A stretch of DNA of 64,000 bases from Polyangiaceae bacterium (GTDB taxonomy: Bacteria > Myxococcota_A > Polyangia > Polyangiales > Polyangiaceae). The position numbers and the translations under genes were made by a program. The notes under the pieces were generated by a model. It made no database searches and was not told the DNA's origin. It saw nothing but the letters and a program-made list of their open reading frames with translations. The stretch is from positions 288,001-352,000 of the forward strand of contig JBILLK010000008.1 in the NCBI GenBank assembly GCA_044376115.1, in the 5' to 3' direction. Shown piece after piece: positions 9,157-17,545 of the stretch (its first letter is position 1; each line of letters starts with the position of its first letter).

Positions 9157-11632
9157 CTCCAAGCGTCCCAAGTTCGAGCATCGGCTAGAGAAGTTAACGC
9201 TCGATCCGAACCGAGCCGGGGGCGTCGTCGATCGGATTTTGGCGCCACTCCTGCGCTTGACCAACTATTCGCCCAAGCTTCGAACCGAGCGTTGTTCCGC
9301 TTTGGTGGCGGCGCTGAGTGCGTCCGATGACGCAGGGATCTCGATCGACAAGCTGCTCGATGCAGCCTTCGATGAACTCGCCGACAACCTCGCGCTGAGC
9401 GAGCGAGCATGCGCCGCCCACGGCAGCATTCCGATCGCTCACGCGGCCTGGTTGCATCGGGTAGGCCGCCTGCTCGAGCGCATCGAGGAGGCGCACCAAC
9501 GCGGAGAGGCGCACACGCAGCGCAGACTCGCCGAGGGGCTGATGTTGCGCCCGCTGGTGCTCCAACAGACGAACGCATCGGCCGCTGAGTCGGCGGCGAC
9601 CGCGGTCGAGCAACCTGTTCACGTTAGCGCGCAGCGCCTGCTCGAGTTGCAACTCGCTGCCATCGATCACGTGGTGGAGGCCGCTCGCGCGGAGCAGTCC
9701 TTCCTCGAACGACGACGCAGGTTGCTGGAGGGAGCCCGACGCTTGCTGCTCGACGCTAGCGCCTCGCTCAAGCTCGACGCGCAGGCCCAACGCGAGCGTG
9801 AAGACTACATCGCTCGCGAGATCACTAGCATCGACCGCCTTGAAGCAAAGGGGATCACAGCGCAGGTTGCGCTGAGCGCCCAAGCGCGCTCGGCGCTTCG
9901 TCGCGGCGACCGCGAGCGCCTGTTCGCCGCTTTGGTCGCGATCGAGAACGGTGCCCGCGCCGTCGGCAACAAACGGCGAGCCGAATGCGCAGCCAGAGCA
10001 CTGCAGCGGATCGCTGGCAGCCGCGCGACGCAGGGCTCGCTCGATGAGCTAACGGAACAGACCGTGGGCGGGCAATTCGCACGGCAAATCGACGCTGCGC
10101 TCGAGCGCGCTCGAGCCCACTATCAGACCGCGATACGCGCCCAGGACGCGGATGAGCGCAGCACAGCGTTCATGGCGCTCGACTATCTGAAGCCTGCCAT
10201 CAACGCGGCGCTCAAGCAGGCGCTGCTCAGCACCGACGGCTACTTCGAGGTTGGCGCAAGCCTGTGTCCAGTGCGCGCCGCCGAGGTCGAGACCTACGCA
10301 AGGCTGGTTCGCTACCCGACCCGCGACATGCTGTTCGTCCTGGCGCGAGACCCGGCCGACTTAGCCACCGCAGCGATCGATGACCCGCGCACCGTCTTGC
10401 TCGATCTTGCGGCTGGGCGACTGCTCACGCGTCGCTTCGTCGAGCAGGAGGAACGCACGGTGGTTCGGCGCCGACTGGTCGGAGAAGTGCGCGTCTACCT
10501 CTTGGATGCGTCGGCTTCGATGCACAACGACGGAGTAGCGCGCGCAACGATGCGGGACGCCATCATGCTGAGTGAGCTCGCTACGACGCTGCAGCGCCTC
10601 GAGCAAATGGATCGCACGACGCGATTGTCTCTCTACTACCTGCATTTCACGAAAAAGCTCGGGCCCATCCACCGCGTGGCGAACGGCAAAGAAGCGCTCG
10701 CGGCGATCGGTGACGTCGTTGGGACGGTGCGTGGAGGCGGAACGGACATCCAAGGTGCGCTCGAAGGGGCCTTCGAAGTCATTCGCAATGCACGCAAGGA
10801 CGACCCGGACCTGGCGCGCGCAAACATCGTGCTCGTCACCGACGGCGAAGCTCCCATCGACGCAGCAGCGCTCGAAAGGGCGCGGCGTGGAACCTCTGGT
10901 GTGGCGATCGGAGTTAGCGTGATCGCGCTCGGTGAAGAGAACCGCGTGTTACGTGACTTGGTCGCAACGCAGCGAAAGGCCGGGCAACGAGCCTTCTACC
11001 ACTTCATCGATGATGACAGGCTCAAGGCCGTTGCTGCGGGCCAGTTGGACGTGAACTCCGCGCTCATGTTGAAGGCTCCCGAGGTGGAGCTCGAGCTGCA
11101 CAAGGACCAACTCGAGAAGATATTGGATGAGCTCTTGGAGGTTGAGCGCGAAGAAGCTGGGCAGCTGCGCAAGGGAGCTGCGGCCGAGAGAACCTCGATC
11201 TTCGCTGAGCCCAGCGAAGGGCCGCTGGCGCTCGAAGAAGCTGCAGCCCGCGACACCGTGGCGGTCGCAAAACGGTTCGGGCGCTGGTTTCCCGCTCCGA
11301 AGGAACAAGCTCCCCGAGCGATCGATGAAGCCGACGAGGTCGACCTGGAGGCCGCCAAGGTTGTCTTGGCCACCATCGCTGAGGTCGTCGGGGAACTCGG
11401 CGCCTCCGCGCTCCACCGCAAGGCCGACGCGATCGAGCTATTGGAGCGGTTGCTGCGGGACGCGCGGCTCTCGCCAGGACGCTATGACGAACTCACAGCG
11501 CGTTATCCGCAGGCCCTCCACGAAGCGTTGTTCAGTGTTCACGCCGCAGCCCAAGGCTCCGCGACCTGGTTCGATACGAAGCTGAGTCAGCAAGCCATGA
11601 AGGCGCCGAAGGCTAAGGCTCGCCGGCGCTGA
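9146..11632 (+). CDS. vWA (MIDAS) domain protein, ViaA-like partner of the MoxR ATPase
   Basis: LLDASASM (DxSxS), GGTDI, VLVTDGEA; ATG 9146 overlaps the ATPase 3' end. Confidence 0.88.
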   Translation: MKPDSKRPKFEHRLEKLTLDPNRAGGVVDRILAPLLRLTNYSPKLRTERCSALVAALSASDDAGISIDKLLDAAFDELADNLALSERACAAHGSIPIAHAAWLHRVGRLLERIEEAHQRGEAHTQRRLAEGLMLRPLVLQQTNASAAESAATAVEQPVHVSAQRLLELQLAAIDHVVEAARAEQSFLERRRRLLEGARRLLLDASASLKLDAQAQREREDYIAREITSIDRLEAKGITAQVALSAQARSALRRGDRERLFAALVAIENGARAVGNKRRAECAARALQRIAGSRATQGSLDELTEQTVGGQFARQIDAALERARAHYQTAIRAQDADERSTAFMALDYLKPAINAALKQALLSTDGYFEVGASLCPVRAAEVETYARLVRYPTRDMLFVLARDPADLATAAIDDPRTVLLDLAAGRLLTRRFVEQEERTVVRRRLVGEVRVYLLDASASMHNDGVARATMRDAIMLSELATTLQRLEQMDRTTRLSLYYLHFTKKLGPIHRVANGKEALAAIGDVVGTVRGGGTDIQGALEGAFEVIRNARKDDPDLARANIVLVTDGEAPIDAAALERARRGTSGVAIGVSVIALGEENRVLRDLVATQRKAGQRAFYHFIDDDRLKAVAAGQLDVNSALMLKAPEVELELHKDQLEKILDELLEVEREEAGQLRKGAAAERTSIFAEPSEGPLALEEAAARDTVAVAKRFGRWFPAPKEQAPRAIDEADEVDLEAAKVVLATIAEVVGELGASALHRKADAIELLERLLRDARLSPGRYDELTARYPQALHEALFSVHAAAQGSATWFDTKLSQQAMKAPKAKARRR

Positions 11633-11643
11633 GTCTGGCGATT

Positions 11644-11922
11644 TCAGCCTCGCTTAACGCCTAAGAGCGCCTGCACAGCCAGGCCCCAGCGGCGCATCCA
11701 ACCGGTCGGCTCGCTGCACAAAGTGGGCGGAGTCTCCAACCCGAAGCGCTTTTGCAGCAATCGCTCCGCCCGCCGGATCGACTCGGGGTTGTTGCGGTCA
11801 TAAACCACCATCGGCTCGCCCGAGACGTCCTGCCCCTCAGGCCCTTCGTAGTCATAGCGTGAAGAGGTGGTGACCCCGTGAACCCCCGGCATGGGCAGCA
11901 GTCTGCCCGAGGCTGGTGACAA
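11644..11922 (-). CDS. Small hypothetical protein (start uncertain, possibly ATG 11892)
   Basis: Fills the gap between flanking genes; natural-looking composition. Confidence 0.45.
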   Translation of the reverse strand: MSPASGRLLPMPGVHGVTTSSRYDYEGPEGQDVSGEPMVVYDRNNPESIRRAERLLQKRFGLETPPTLCSEPTGWMRRWGLAVQALLGVKRG

Positions 11923-11964
11923 GTCGGTGACAACCAGACCAATTTGCGCAAATCGATGCGCGTT

Positions 11965-12834
11965 CTAACGCACGCGCTGCGAGTGCGTTAGAGGCTCGGC
12001 CTCGGCTTCAGCGTCGGCTGTTTGAGCGGATAGGTCACCAGCAGTCGCGCCGGCAAGCCGCGCCCCCCCGTGAGCAATGCGTGCCCTCGACTCCTCGGAC
12101 GCAGCCTCTTCGCGTTGTGCCACGCCCTTTCGAATCAAGGTGATCGCGCCCTCGGTGATGGAGCGCCGCACAGCCGCACGGCCTTTGCCGATCGAGCGGG
12201 CAATCAGCGCGATGACAAAAAGCACCAGCAGGATCCAACTTGCGAACAGGACGGAGCCAATGGCCGCAAAGCCAGCGGCGGCCAACGCCACCGTCAATGG
12301 AACACCGACGCCAACGCCAACGCCGACGCCGCCGCCAACCCAAAGACCGATCAGCACCGGCCAGTTCAGCTCCTCGACCAACAGCGAGGTTTGGCCGTTG
12401 CGCCGGGCCACTCGGACGACGAGCAGGCGCTGATTTTGCCCCATCGTGGAGCTCGTCCAGACGAGGCTCTTACCGAAGTTGTCCAGCCGACCAAGCATGC
12501 CGGTGCGGTCGCGACAAAGCTCAACGATCTCCTCGACGGTCTCATCGTCGACCAGACCGTCGAAGGTGGCTTCCTGGCGTGCTCTCAAGGCCATGCCCAA
12601 GAGCGGTGTCCGCGGTTCGGGCTCCCCTCCCAAACTTGGCGCGGAGGAAGCCGAGAACAGCTCCTCTTCAGTGATGCCAAGACGTGAAGCAAGCTCAACG
12701 AACTCGAGCTTCGAGATCGTGCCATCGGCGACGTTCGATTGAGCAAGAGCGCGCAGCAGCAGCTTGCGGGCTTCTGCACGCTCAAACTGCTGTTCACGAA
12801 AAGCGCCCAGCACAGCCTTGCGATCAGACTTCAC
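11965..12834 (-). CDS. Hypothetical membrane protein (two TM helices)
   Basis: N-terminal helical domain (LLLRAL...ISKLEFVELASRLGI.EE), Gly/Val-rich TM pair; GGAGG upstream of the GTG start. Confidence 0.7.
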   Translation of the reverse strand: MKSDRKAVLGAFREQQFERAEARKLLLRALAQSNVADGTISKLEFVELASRLGITEEELFSASSAPSLGGEPEPRTPLLGMALRARQEATFDGLVDDETVEEIVELCRDRTGMLGRLDNFGKSLVWTSSTMGQNQRLLVVRVARRNGQTSLLVEELNWPVLIGLWVGGGVGVGVGVGVPLTVALAAAGFAAIGSVLFASWILLVLFVIALIARSIGKGRAAVRRSITEGAITLIRKGVAQREEAASEESRARIAHGGARLAGATAGDLSAQTADAEAEAEPLTHSQRVR

Positions 12835-12904
12835 GGCGCGGGACTCTCACCTCCCCCATGATCGTTGTGTTCTGTCACGCCAGCAACCCTCGCTTGGACT
12901 ACGA

Positions 12905-13147
12905 GTTGATTCGGGCCTTCGGTCGTTTCTATCGAAGAGCGCACGAGTCATTCACTTCGTGCCTTCGGCACTCCGTAGACCTCCCTGGACTCCGTCCACT
13001 TCGTGGACTCTGTCCACTCCGGTTCTGTTTGCTGCTTCAACCTTCGGTTGAATGACTCGTGCCAAGTCGAGGTTGATTCGGGCCTTCGGTCGTTTCTATC
13101 GAAGAGCGCACGAGTCATTCTGTTTGCTGCTTCAACCTTCGGTTGAA
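12905..13147. repeat. Composite REP/BIME-like palindromic repeat cluster (modules A, B and tail)
   Basis: 49-bp exact direct repeat 12905-12953 = 13072-13120; 27-bp tail 13026-13052 = 13121-13147; 72-bp module B 12954-13025; inverted repeat gaatgactcgtgc/gcacgagtcattc. Confidence 0.9.
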
Positions 13148-13161
13148 CTACCTTGTATCGA

Positions 13162-13902
13162 GTGAAAGGTTTCATCGACCTCCATTGCCACTGGGTCGCC
13201 GGTATCGACGACGGCGCGCGCTCCACTGAGGATTCCCGGGCGATGCTGCTCGGCCTCAAGCGAGCTGGCTTCGATCGAGTCGTGGCGACGCCCCACATGC
13301 GGCCTGGCATGTTCGAGAACAGCCGCGACGATCTGCAGGCCGCGTTCGAGAGAACATGCCTTGCGCTTGGTCCCGATCTAGCGACTCCCGCGTTTCCGGC
13401 CGTTGGCCTTTCGAGTGAACACTGGCTGGACGACGTCGTGTTGCGACGCGTGATCGAAGGGTCGGGCGTACCTTACCCGGGAGAGCACGCGGTGCTCTTT
13501 GAGCTGGCTCCAGGCCCCTTTCCGCAGCGCCTGGCGAATCGGCTGTACGAGCTTCGTCGCAAGAAGCTGCGCCCGGTGTTGGCCCACCCGGAGCGCTATG
13601 AGCCGGTATGGAAAGACGCTGAAGTGGTCGAGCCGCTGCTCGACGTCGGGGTGCTTTTACAGTTGGACGTGGCGGCCCTGGCCGGAAAGTACGGGCGCTC
13701 CCCTCGCAAGGCGGCCGAAGAACTGCTTGAACGTGAGGTCTACAGCCTCGCCTGCAGTGATGCGCACAAACCCGCTGATCTGGCCGATGTGACGGCCGGC
13801 ATCGAGGCGCTTTTCAAGCGCGTGGGCGAGGAAGAGGCACGCTTCCTGTTGTCGCAAGGCCCGGCAGCCATTCTGTCCGGGGACTTCGACGCCTTCGAGT
13901 GA
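13162..13902 (+). CDS. CpsB/CapC-family PHP-domain protein-tyrosine phosphatase
   Basis: IDLHCHWVAGIDDGA, ATPH, LAHPERY, SDAH; GTG start at 13162. Confidence 0.92.
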   Translation: MKGFIDLHCHWVAGIDDGARSTEDSRAMLLGLKRAGFDRVVATPHMRPGMFENSRDDLQAAFERTCLALGPDLATPAFPAVGLSSEHWLDDVVLRRVIEGSGVPYPGEHAVLFELAPGPFPQRLANRLYELRRKKLRPVLAHPERYEPVWKDAEVVEPLLDVGVLLQLDVAALAGKYGRSPRKAAEELLEREVYSLACSDAHKPADLADVTAGIEALFKRVGEEEARFLLSQGPAAILSGDFDAFE

Positions 13903-13906
13903 GGCC

Positions 13907-14088
13907 AGTCATTCACTTCGTGCCTTCGGCACTCCGTAGACCTCCGCGGACTCCGTCCACTTCGTGGACTCCGTCCACTCCGGTTCACTTCGTGCCTTCG
14001 GCACTCCGTAGACCTCCCTAGGGCCTTCGGCCGTTTTTTCCCGAGAGGGCACGAGTCATTCTGTCTGCTGCATCAACCTTCAGTTGAA
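13907..14088. repeat. Second composite palindromic repeat cluster (B, partial B, half A, tail)
   Basis: 13915-13986 nearly identical to 12954-13025; partial copy 13987-14018; gggccttcggccgtt...ggcacgagtcattctgtctgctgcatcaaccttcagttgaa. Confidence 0.9.
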
Positions 14089-14121
14089 TCTGAGCGCCAA
14101 CATAGGCATCACACGCCCCCA

Positions 14122-15399
14122 ATGGATGAGACGTTCGCGATCATTGGGCTGGGGTATGTCGGGTTGCCGGTCGCTCTGGGATTCGCCCGCAAATTCAAGC
14201 GGGTCGTCGGCTTCGACATTCACCAGGAGAAGGTGGCGGAGCTAGCTCGTGGTTACGACCGGAACCACGAGGTCCCCGAGACCGAGCTGAAGGAATCGCG
14301 CCTCGAGTTCACCCACGATCCCGCCGCGCTCAAGGGTGCGACCTTCTTCGTCGTCGCGGTTCCAACGCCGATCGACCACAACAACGTGCCCGATCTGACG
14401 CCGGTGATTCGGGCCTCCGAGACGGTGGGGCGCGCACTGACCAAAGGCGCAGTCGTGGTTTACGAATCAACGGTCTACCCTGGCGTTACCGAGGAGGTTT
14501 GCGCGCCGATCCTCGAGAAGGTGAGCGGCCTTTCGCGAGCCGATTTCAAGCTTGGCTATTCGCCGGAGCGGATCAATCCGGGTGACAAAGAGCACACGCT
14601 CGAACGGATCACCAAGGTGGTCTCGGGAGAGGACGCAGCCACCCTCGACCGCGTAGCCGCCGCCTACGGCGCAGTGGTGGACGCGGGCGTGCACCGGGCC
14701 TCCAGCATCCGCGTGGCCGAAGCGGCGAAGGTGATCGAGAACACGCAGCGTGATCTCAACATCGCGCTGATGAATGAGCTGGCGGTGATCTTCGACCGCA
14801 TGGGCATCCGCACCCGCGACGTGCTCGACGCCGCTGGAACCAAGTGGAACTTTCTCCGCTTTTCACCGGGGCTCGTCGGCGGGCATTGCATCGGGGTGGA
14901 CCCGTACTACCTGACGATGAAAGCGCAGCAGCTCGGCTACCAGCCCGAGGTAATCCTCGCTGGGCGTCGCATCAACAACTCGATGGGCGCCTTCATCGCC
15001 GCCAAACTCGTGAAGATGCTGATCATGAAGGATCGGCCGGTGCGTGGCGCGCGCGTGGGCGTCCTCGGCATCACCTTCAAAGAGAACGTGAGCGATCTGC
15101 GCAACAGCCGCGTGCCCGACATTCTTCGAGAACTCGACCAATACGGCATACGAACGATCGTCACCGATCCGCTGGCTGAAAGCGGTGAGGCCGAACACGA
15201 GTACGGCGTCAGCTTGGCCCCCCTCGAGGCGCTCGAGAGTCTGGACGCCCTCATCCTCGCTGTGCCCCATGCGGCTACCCTCGCCCTTGGCGCCAGCAAG
15301 CTGCTGAGCCTGGTAAACGACGGCGGCATCTTCATCGACGTAAAGAGCGTGTTTAAGCCGGATTGCGCCGAGCGCGGCATTCAGTACTGGAGTCTGTAG
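14122..15399 (+). CDS. Nucleotide-sugar dehydrogenase (UDP-GlcNAc/GalNAc 6-dehydrogenase, TviB/WbpO-like)
   Basis: GLGYVGLP, YESTVYPG, YSPERINPGD, GLVGGHCIGVDPYYL, FKENVSDLRNS. Confidence 0.93.
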   Translation: MDETFAIIGLGYVGLPVALGFARKFKRVVGFDIHQEKVAELARGYDRNHEVPETELKESRLEFTHDPAALKGATFFVVAVPTPIDHNNVPDLTPVIRASETVGRALTKGAVVVYESTVYPGVTEEVCAPILEKVSGLSRADFKLGYSPERINPGDKEHTLERITKVVSGEDAATLDRVAAAYGAVVDAGVHRASSIRVAEAAKVIENTQRDLNIALMNELAVIFDRMGIRTRDVLDAAGTKWNFLRFSPGLVGGHCIGVDPYYLTMKAQQLGYQPEVILAGRRINNSMGAFIAAKLVKMLIMKDRPVRGARVGVLGITFKENVSDLRNSRVPDILRELDQYGIRTIVTDPLAESGEAEHEYGVSLAPLEALESLDALILAVPHAATLALGASKLLSLVNDGGIFIDVKSVFKPDCAERGIQYWSL

Positions 15400-15453
15400 C
15401 CACCCGCTTGCCGGAATTTGGCCCGCGCCTCGGAAACCACTTACGAAAGCAGG

Positions 15454-15960
15454 ATGCGTCGCGCCATCTTCGTCATCCTCATCGCTTTCTCGCTGTCGAT
15501 GGTCGCCTTTGCCCTGACCCGGCCGGACGACGCAGAGGCCAGCGTCGTCAGCGTAACCCCCTACTCGTTCGGCCAAACCTACGGGACGTCACTCCGCCTG
15601 CTGCGCGTCGACCTCGAATACAAGATCCTCGAGCGCGACAAGGACAACGGCTACATCCTGTTCGAGTACACGAGCCCCGAGAGCGGCAAGCGCACGGTCA
15701 ATGGCTCAATCGAGCTCGTTGAAACCAAGGAGGGCGTGCACATCGCCATCCAAATCCCCGAGATGCCGCAGTATCACGAGCAAGCCATCCTCGATCAGCT
15801 CAAGCGCAAACTGAGCGCTGAACACGGCGCTCCGCCCAATCAAAAGAAGAAGGAAGAGCCGAAGGATCCCGAGGGCGACAAAGACCAAGAGAAGGACAAG
15901 GACTCGAAGGAGCCGAGCGACGCCGACAAGCCGAAGAAGGAAGCTCTCGAGGAAGACTGA
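15454..15960 (+). CDS. Secreted hypothetical protein with charged C-terminal tail
   Basis: Signal-peptide-like MRRAIFVILIAFSLSMVAFA. Confidence 0.75.
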   Translation: MRRAIFVILIAFSLSMVAFALTRPDDAEASVVSVTPYSFGQTYGTSLRLLRVDLEYKILERDKDNGYILFEYTSPESGKRTVNGSIELVETKEGVHIAIQIPEMPQYHEQAILDQLKRKLSAEHGAPPNQKKKEEPKDPEGDKDQEKDKDSKEPSDADKPKKEALEED

Positions 15961-15986
15961 GCTTCTCTACTGCAAGGTTCGATGCC

Positions 15987-16008
15987 CAGGGCGCCCTAGA
16001 GCGCCCTG
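15987..16008. terminator. Hairpin between convergent genes
   Basis: cagggcgc-cctaga-gcgccctg followed shortly by tttt. Confidence 0.45.
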
Positions 16009-16023
16009 CGTGCTTTTGTGCGC

Positions 16024-17502
16024 TTAGAGTCGGACTGCGCGCACTTGCCCCAAGGCGCGCCGACGCTTGCGAACAGCGAAGCGGTACAGCGCCTCATACT
16101 GCTGAGCGGCGTGACTCCAACCGGATTGCTTTTGCATCGCGCGGTATTGCATCGAGCGGAAGAGCGCCGGCTCTGCGTAGGTCTCGAGCGCCCAACGCAC
16201 CGTGCCCACGAGTGCCTCGCTGCTCAGCTCGTGGAACTTGAAGCCGGTAGAGCCGTTGTCCACGGTGTCCTCGAGACCGCCAACCGCCCTAACGATCGGC
16301 AGCGTGCCGTAGCGCTGGCTGTAGAGCTGATTGAGCCCGCACGGCTCGTATCGGGAGGGCATCAAGAAGAGATCGGCGCCGGCCTCGATTCGATGGGCCA
16401 GCCCCTCGTTCATACCGATGAACGCACGCACGTTCGGCGTCGATAACGAGGCGCGCTGGAACACCTCCTCAATCGACTTGTCGCCCGAACCAAGGAACAC
16501 GAACTGAGCGCCGGTGGCCATCAGCTGGTAGAGCGCATCCACCACCAGGTCCACGCCCTTCTGCCCGACGAGCCGCGAAATAAGGCCAATCACCGGGACA
16601 TCCGGCCGCTCGGGCAGGCCCATCTCGCGTTGCAGCGCGGCCTTGCACACCGCTTTACCCGAGAGGTCCTCGGCCGAGAAGTTCGCCGCGATGTGTGGGT
16701 CTACCTCGGGGTTCCAAGCCTCCTCATCGATGCCGTTGAGCACCCCCATCACGTCCCCACCACGCATGCGCAGAAACGCGTCGAGCCCCTCCCCGCCCTC
16801 CTTCGTCTGAATCTCCCGCGCGTAGTTGGGGGAAACCGTGGACACGATGGTGCTGTGCAGAATGCCCGCCTTGAGCAGGTTGAGCTGCCCGTTCAAGTCG
16901 AGCGCACCGAGGATCTCCGGCGAAAACGGCAAGCCCATCTCGGAGTACGAATCACGGGCCGACCAGCCTTGATAGCCCATGTTGTGGATCGTCAACACGC
17001 TGGCCGCGCGGGCCAAGGCCGTCCCCTGCTCCACCGTATCGAGCAGTACCGGCACCAAGCAGGTAGGCCAGTCGTGCACGTGAATCACGTCGGGCTCGAA
17101 GCCCAAGTAGCGACAGAGCTCGATCGAACCGCGCGACAACACCGAGTAGCGCTCGGTGTTATCGCCGTAGCCACCGCGCGCATCACCGTAAACACCTTCA
17201 CGGTCGTAGAGGCCGTCGTGGTCGAGGAAGTACACAGGTACGACCGCGCCGCGTTTGCTCGAGAGCTGACCGCGTCGTACGCCTGTCCACAAGGTGCCCG
17301 GCCCGTATGGGATCCCCAGCGGGCCTGCCAGCGGCTTCGACTCGAACTTCCGCGTCACGCGGTAACGCGGCATCACCACGCGAACGTCGTGTCCGCGCGC
17401 AGCCAAGGCGATGGGCAGCGCACCGCCGACGTCCCCCAAACCGCCAGTTTTCGCGAAGGGAAAACACTCAGGGAGGGAGAAGAGGATCTTGAGACGGGGC
17501 AC
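16024..17502 (-). CDS. glgA: Glycogen synthase
   Basis: KTGGLGDV, HVHDW, TIHNMGYQG, MPSRYEPCGLNQLY. Confidence 0.96.
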   Translation of the reverse strand: MPRLKILFSLPECFPFAKTGGLGDVGGALPIALAARGHDVRVVMPRYRVTRKFESKPLAGPLGIPYGPGTLWTGVRRGQLSSKRGAVVPVYFLDHDGLYDREGVYGDARGGYGDNTERYSVLSRGSIELCRYLGFEPDVIHVHDWPTCLVPVLLDTVEQGTALARAASVLTIHNMGYQGWSARDSYSEMGLPFSPEILGALDLNGQLNLLKAGILHSTIVSTVSPNYAREIQTKEGGEGLDAFLRMRGGDVMGVLNGIDEEAWNPEVDPHIAANFSAEDLSGKAVCKAALQREMGLPERPDVPVIGLISRLVGQKGVDLVVDALYQLMATGAQFVFLGSGDKSIEEVFQRASLSTPNVRAFIGMNEGLAHRIEAGADLFLMPSRYEPCGLNQLYSQRYGTLPIVRAVGGLEDTVDNGSTGFKFHELSSEALVGTVRWALETYAEPALFRSMQYRAMQKQSGWSHAAQQYEALYRFAVRKRRRALGQVRAVRL

Positions 17503-17545
17503 GCACTCCCTTTAAGCGAAAACGCCCCGTCTCACAAACCACAGT

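Noticed and set aside
2909..11632. Beta-propeller plus MoxR plus vWA as one ternary conflict system
   Set aside because: The propeller gene is on the opposite strand and three other genes lie between it and the ATPase; there is no evidence of linkage
12905..14088. Repeat clusters as a CRISPR array, tRNA or intact IS
   Set aside because: No repeat-spacer periodicity, no cloverleaf or T-loop, and no transposase ORF; small ORFs over them (e.g. 12948-13310) are translations of the repeat
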